64,000 nt of DNA, from IMG/VR virus record IMGVR_UViG_3300022856_000004; one strand, written 5' to 3'. This stretch comes from an uncultured virus (IMG/VR IMGVR_UViG_3300022856_000004). Lineage: Duplodnaviria; Heunggongvirae; Uroviricota; Caudoviricetes. Made by a program: the position numbers and the translations under genes. This document shows, piece by piece, positions 59,080 to 64,000 of this stretch. Every line of letters starts with the position of its first letter. The stretch's first letter is position 1. The notes under the pieces were generated by a model, which saw only the letters and a list, made by a program, of their open reading frames with translations, did no database searches and was not told the origin of the DNA.

Positions 59080-62000
59080 TTAATTTACGGATTGATTTTC
59101 AGTTAAAATTCCAACTGTACCATTGTCCCATTTTGGATTTGATGGTAATACACCATCTTTATACATTGTAACTGTTACAACACGTTGACCTTTAGATTTT
59201 TCACCATAACCAACAGAACGCATATCACTACCAAATGCAATTGAAGCTAATATTTGATTTGTTCTATTTGCATCACTAACACTACCACCAGCCTTAAAGT
59301 TAGATACGACTCCAGCCTTAATATTGGATGCTCGCCTAAATGATAATTTGTAATTATATTCATCTGGTCCGCTTGGTGATGCATGACCCTCTATATCAAA
59401 TTTAGCTTTTGGATTTTTTAACTTCTGGTCTATTATATAATTAGTAACATTTATAACCTCACTCGATTTTTTAGGTGTATCTACATTATCATCAAAATCA
59501 ATATTAAATGTGTATATAACTGGTTCTGGTTTTTCTTCTTCCACAACTGGTTCTGGTTTTTCTTCTTCCACAACTGGTTCTGGTTTTTCTTCTTCCACAA
59601 CTGGTTCTTCTGTATATACATCACCAACATAATCATAAATTCTACCCATTTTCCTAGGTTTGTAATTCCCAATTATAGTGTAATTCATATCAACCCTAAC
59701 ACCCATTGGTAATTCTAATATATCATTATCAGATGATTCTTGATATAAATTTTTTATTTCCCAGTTATCTTCTCTAAATGTATATGTTAAATTAGTTATG
59801 AAACCTGGTACTTGCCAGTATAAATCACCTAATGTCAATCTTAATAGTGGCCCCCACATACGTTTATCTTTATATACAGGAGCTAACATAGAAGCTAAAT
59901 AGTTTATTTTCTCATATATAACTTGCATTTCAACTCTGGAAAATGCATGCATATCAAAACTCAATGTCAAATTTCTATCATACGATTTATAAATATAAAC
60001 TGGATCAGCTCTACCTATTAATCCATAAGAATCCCAATTAGCATTATGATTTTCAACTACACTATTTAAGAATGCTCTCATTACGATAGCGTGATAACCT
60101 AAATTACTTTTGTGTTTTGGATCTGATTGTTCAGTTTGAATATCTATCGTATCATCAGATTCTTCTTTTGTATCACCAAATACAGATGGTTCTATATCTA
60201 TCTCATTCTTATCTAATAACGTACCACGTGAATCATATTGCTTATCAAACATAAGCCCTGCACAAGTAATAAAGAATTTTATATAATCTCTTGATCCTTG
60301 ATTGTATATCTCCGATGCATCTTGACTTAAAATATTTGATTTTTCACTTGCATCTACAGTTTTAGAGAAGTCTCTAACCTTAATCATATTAATTTTATCT
60401 TCTCTATAAGTTCTCATTCTAGGATCAGACCTATCTATACCTGGTAATCCCTCTTGACCCCAACCATATTTCATAATATTTGAATTGTCATAAGTGTTAA
60501 CTATATTAGGATCGTAATTATAATTAAAGAACTTAGAATCTTTAGTATCTGTACTTGCTGATATGACATATCTATAGTCTTCTAATTCTTTTGGGTTATA
60601 TGCTGGATCTCTATTATATCCAAAAAAATCATATCCTGTAGTTGCATATGCACCTAATGATTGATCCATTGGTTTTAATCCATCTAAATATTTACCCTCT
60701 CGATTATAACTCTCTTCTAATAAATTATCAGTATTATTATGAGTCTTATTAGCTATAAACGTATTTATTAAATGATTATTGTGATCTACATCACCATATT
60801 TTAAAAATTTAGATATTAATGATTTATTTTTAGTTAACTCTTCAAATGGATCACCATTATGCTCATCTAATAATTTAGTAGCTGTACTGTTAGGTACACG
60901 TGTTCCATTAGCAGATGAATAATATTGAAAGTAAGGTGAATAATATTGATATAATCTACTATCTTCTGTTTCTGATATTGAATATCTACGTATTAACGTA
61001 GCTCCTATACCAAATATACTCTGTGCACCAGTAGATCTAGATGATATTTTATTTATAATATCACCAACATACGAATCTTTTCCTGTTGCAATCCAAGTTA
61101 TTAAATTTGATATTTTAGATAGAGTTTTATCATATACATCACTAGCATTTAAATATGAATCTCTAACTGAATAGTGGTGTGGGAATAATTCTTTTGTTAA
61201 CATTAACAATCTATTATCTGTTCCTTGTTCACCTATAACTAATGACGTATCAACCTGTGATAGATTTTTACCTTGACTCGTCACATTCCTTTTATTTACT
61301 ATATATTCGTAATTTTTATGCTTTTCAAATGGAAGTTCCAATCCATGCCTTTGAATTCTCATTCCACCTGAAGATAGAATAGTTGATAATGGATTGTATA
61401 TCTGTGTTGATCTAATATTAAATATATTTTCTATCAAACCAAATCCATCCGATGGTGTCTCAACCGTAGAGTTCATCAATTGCATTCCAACTTGCCTAAT
61501 AGTATTTAGTATTCCTTTTGCAGAACCCATATACTTTGTTATTCTATAAGCATGTGTCGCTGAACGGTCGATATACGGTGATAAACGTTCGTATAGGTAA
61601 GATTTGTCAAACCCATATCTATTTGGCTCACCATCAAGCTGAATACCACGTAGAATGTATGGTTGTTGCATCCAATCGTTTTGATGTGATGTATCTCTAA
61701 GATTAAACTTAGAATATTGTTCTTTTAGATTTTTATCCGAAAGTATAAAATCAGTTGACTTTGGAATTTTGTAAGGTATAAATCCTTTACTGTATTTATT
61801 AGAGAACCAATCCACAGGAACCATATTATTCGCTTTCCAAACAAACTCTGATGTATCCATTATATATTCAGTTTGTTTGATAACATTAAATATAGTAAAT
61901 CCAGTTGCATTAACATCAGCAAAGAAATTAACACTATTTGGAATCATACCTTTCCATACGAATATGGACGTGTCCATTATGTATTCGGTTATCAGTGGTG

Positions 62001-63840
62001 GTGCAAATAAAGTAAATCCAGTTGCATTTGTATTAGGGAACCAATTTACAGCTGGTATATCATCACCTTTCCATACAAATATGGAAGTGTCCATTATGTA
62101 TTCTGTAATTTTTAACTTACCATATATAGTGAAACCAGTCGCATTAACATCAGCAAAGAAATTAACACTATTAGGAATCATACCCTTCCAAACAAATTCA
62201 GAAGTGTCCATTATGTATTCGGTTTGTTTGAAAACAGGATATATAGTGAATCCAGTTGCATTCGTATCTAAAAAGAAGTTAACACTATTAGGAATTAATC
62301 CCTTCCAAACAAACTCGGAAGTATCCATTATATATTCAGTAGATTTTAATTTACCATATATAGTAAATCCAGTTGCATTTGTATTCAAAAAGAAATCCAC
62401 AGACGGTATATCATCTGCTTTCCATACAAATACCGATGTGTCCTGTATATATTCTGTATTTTTAAATATAGGGTATATAGTAAATCCAGTTGCATTTGTA
62501 TTAAGGAATGAATCTGTTGATGGTATGTTATCCGCCTTCCATACATAATCAGATGTATCCATTATAAAATTAGTTTCTTTTAATAAAGAAAATAATGTAA
62601 ATCCAAATGCATCATCATCTATAAAACTATTAGAAAATGGTATATCATCTGCTTTCCATACATATAACGATGTATCATCTTTATAATATGAAGTTAGTAA
62701 TGGACTGTATATAGTAAATCCATCTGCATTTATATTAAGGAAAAAATCTGTTGATGGTATATCATTAGATTTCCATACATAATCAGACGTGTCCATTATA
62801 AAATTAGTTTCTTTCAATAAAGAAAATAATGTAAATCCAGTTGCATCATCATCTATAAATGAATTTGTAGTTGGTATATCCATACCTTGCCATACAAATT
62901 TAGAAGTATTATCTATATATTCAGTTTCTAATGATTTACCAAATAATGTAAATCCAGTTGCATTTGTATTTACTATAAAGTTTACAGATGGTATATTATT
63001 TGCTTTCCATACATAGTCGGACGTATCTTGTATATATTCTGTATTTTTAAATATAGGGTATATAGTAAATCCAGTTGCATTGAAGTTACTAAAGAAATCA
63101 ACATTTGATATGTTATTAGCAGCCCATACATATAAAGATGTATCTTGTATATATTCAGTTTCCATTGGATTAGCAAATATAGTGAATCCAGTTGCATTAA
63201 AATTATCAAAAAAATCTGTTGATGGTATATCATTAGATTTCCAAACGAAATCGGATGTATCTGTTTTATATTTTGTTTCTTTTGGTTTTGGGAATATTGT
63301 GAACCCATCTGCATTCGTATTAGCAAAAAAATCAGTTGATGGTATATCATTGGATTTCCATACAAACTTAGAAGTATTCTCATTAAAATATGTTTGGTAT
63401 TCTGTAGCAAATGAATCGAACCCAACAGCATTAAAATTATTAAAGAAATCAACCACTGGTGGCTCATCTGTTTTCCAAGCAAAATCACTACTTAATAAAT
63501 TATAATCGGTTATCTTATTAACAGCAAAAGTAGTAAACCCTTTAGCGTTATTATTTTTAAAAAAATCAATTGAATCTGGCTCATCACCAACCCATACAAA
63601 GTTAGACGTGTCATATTTATAATTCGTTGTCTTCTGATTTGTTGTGAACCCAGATGCGTTCGTATCGGTAAAATTGTTGGTTTGTTGTGTAGTATCAATG
63701 TCAAATTTAGAATCTATAGAGGTAATATCAACATTTTGTATGTTGTTAATTGGTTTATCATTAAGCAATTCAACCAATGGTTTAGTTTGGAATCGTTGTT
63801 TAAAATAATTTTGTGTAGTAATTAGATCTATAAGTGCCAT
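59080..63840 (-). CDS. large virion protein: ~17 x 39-aa repeats, tail-tube-initiator-like domain, C-terminal OmpA-like domain
   Basis: Repeats FxNxNATGFT...DTSxxVWK; GRADPVYIY..RNLxLSF..RLTLGD..GFITNL; FD...IEGHAS..G..YNxxLSxRRA...GYGE. Confidence 0.75.
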   Translation of the reverse strand: MALIDLITTQNYFKQRFQTKPLVELLNDKPINNIQNVDITSIDSKFDIDTTQQTNNFTDTNASGFTTNQKTTNYKYDTSNFVWVGDEPDSIDFFKNNNAKGFTTFAVNKITDYNLLSSDFAWKTDEPPVVDFFNNFNAVGFDSFATEYQTYFNENTSKFVWKSNDIPSTDFFANTNADGFTIFPKPKETKYKTDTSDFVWKSNDIPSTDFFDNFNATGFTIFANPMETEYIQDTSLYVWAANNISNVDFFSNFNATGFTIYPIFKNTEYIQDTSDYVWKANNIPSVNFIVNTNATGFTLFGKSLETEYIDNTSKFVWQGMDIPTTNSFIDDDATGFTLFSLLKETNFIMDTSDYVWKSNDIPSTDFFLNINADGFTIYSPLLTSYYKDDTSLYVWKADDIPFSNSFIDDDAFGFTLFSLLKETNFIMDTSDYVWKADNIPSTDSFLNTNATGFTIYPIFKNTEYIQDTSVFVWKADDIPSVDFFLNTNATGFTIYGKLKSTEYIMDTSEFVWKGLIPNSVNFFLDTNATGFTIYPVFKQTEYIMDTSEFVWKGMIPNSVNFFADVNATGFTIYGKLKITEYIMDTSIFVWKGDDIPAVNWFPNTNATGFTLFAPPLITEYIMDTSIFVWKGMIPNSVNFFADVNATGFTIFNVIKQTEYIMDTSEFVWKANNMVPVDWFSNKYSKGFIPYKIPKSTDFILSDKNLKEQYSKFNLRDTSHQNDWMQQPYILRGIQLDGEPNRYGFDKSYLYERLSPYIDRSATHAYRITKYMGSAKGILNTIRQVGMQLMNSTVETPSDGFGLIENIFNIRSTQIYNPLSTILSSGGMRIQRHGLELPFEKHKNYEYIVNKRNVTSQGKNLSQVDTSLVIGEQGTDNRLLMLTKELFPHHYSVRDSYLNASDVYDKTLSKISNLITWIATGKDSYVGDIINKISSRSTGAQSIFGIGATLIRRYSISETEDSRLYQYYSPYFQYYSSANGTRVPNSTATKLLDEHNGDPFEELTKNKSLISKFLKYGDVDHNNHLINTFIANKTHNNTDNLLEESYNREGKYLDGLKPMDQSLGAYATTGYDFFGYNRDPAYNPKELEDYRYVISASTDTKDSKFFNYNYDPNIVNTYDNSNIMKYGWGQEGLPGIDRSDPRMRTYREDKINMIKVRDFSKTVDASEKSNILSQDASEIYNQGSRDYIKFFITCAGLMFDKQYDSRGTLLDKNEIDIEPSVFGDTKEESDDTIDIQTEQSDPKHKSNLGYHAIVMRAFLNSVVENHNANWDSYGLIGRADPVYIYKSYDRNLTLSFDMHAFSRVEMQVIYEKINYLASMLAPVYKDKRMWGPLLRLTLGDLYWQVPGFITNLTYTFREDNWEIKNLYQESSDNDILELPMGVRVDMNYTIIGNYKPRKMGRIYDYVGDVYTEEPVVEEEKPEPVVEEEKPEPVVEEEKPEPVIYTFNIDFDDNVDTPKKSSEVINVTNYIIDQKLKNPKAKFDIEGHASPSGPDEYNYKLSFRRASNIKAGVVSNFKAGGSVSDANRTNQILASIAFGSDMRSVGYGEKSKGQRVVTVTMYKDGVLPSNPKWDNGTVGILTENQSVN
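59518..59608. repeat. 27-bp perfect tandem repeat, about 3.4 copies (PVVEEEKPE linker)
   Basis: AACTGGTTCTGGTTTTTCTTCTTCCAC x3 plus a partial copy. Confidence 0.95.
61740..63680 (-). repeat. degenerate ~117-bp coding tandem repeat, about 17 copies
   Basis: Recurring AATCCAGTTGCATT and TTCCATAC on the plus strand at ~117-nt period; boundaries approximate. Confidence 0.85.
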
Positions 63841-63872
63841 GTATATAAATATATGTTAATGTATAATAATAG

Positions 63873-64000
63873 TTAATATCTACTTGGTGTCGGTCCGAAA
63901 TTTGCATTTGCTTTATTAGTTGCTTCGCCAACTTTCTGTCCATCAAGATTAACATTAATTTTCATATTAGCCATTAATCTATTAAATTCAGCCATAGCTT
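63873..64000 (-). CDS. C-terminus of a probable tape-measure protein (partial)
   Basis: Manual translation ...MKINVNLDGQKVGEATNKANANFGPTPSRY*; the LDGxxV terminal motif and position upstream of the baseplate genes fit. Confidence 0.55.
   Translation of the reverse strand, partial: AMAEFNRLMANMKINVNLDGQKVGEATNKANANFGPTPSRY

Noticed and set aside
370..63505. Plus-strand ORFs in the track (e.g. 46075-46506, 56670-57089, 61877-62548)
   Set aside because: They are antisense shadows of minus-strand genes with no recognisable motifs.
15046..63704. Alternative-frame minus-strand ORFs (15046-15276, 43775-44029, 57355-57540, 59481-59672, 62982-63488, 63510-63704)
   Set aside because: They are nested out of frame within better-supported genes; several are by-products of coding repeats.
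1..64000. Stop-codon reassignment (TAG or TGA read as sense)
   Set aside because: Long conserved genes are intact in the standard code, TAG and TGA end genes at plausible positions, and no suppressor tRNA was seen.

Overview
Fragment of a large, very AT-rich, T4-like/jumbo dsDNA phage genome with essentially all real genes on the minus strand. The host is most likely Bacteroidota: there are eleven TTTG-N20-TAnnTTTG-type promoters and a T9SS-sorted cargo protein. Left to right: (1) a 0.7-8.3 kb RNA/translation island with two tRNA operons, an extra tRNA-like RNA, NADAR, a YkuK RNase H-like protein, a TROVE-like/TerD protein, a four-unit structured RNA array and a nucleotidyltransferase; (2) a ~12 kb glycan/nonulosonic-acid biosynthesis locus plus more glycosyltransferases; (3) an expanded 23-aa-repeat gene family; (4) a T4-like replication block (clamp loader, clamp, PolB, dUTPase, intein-containing NrdJ, helicase, 5'-3' exonuclease, RecA/UvsX, SSB, a minimal PolA); (5) the edge of a tail/baseplate module. 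Two candidate undescribed systems stand out. First, each tRNA operon is preceded by a shared promoter-like block, a short leader ORF whose codons match the tRNAs downstream, a candidate antiterminator and an intrinsic terminator, i.e. apparent ribosome-mediated attenuation of phage tRNA supply. Second, four covarying Y-RNA-like hairpin RNAs, one containing a complete circularly permuted tRNA (YrlA topology), lie directly upstream of the TROVE-like/TerD gene. All protein calls come from motif recognition by eye, not database searches.
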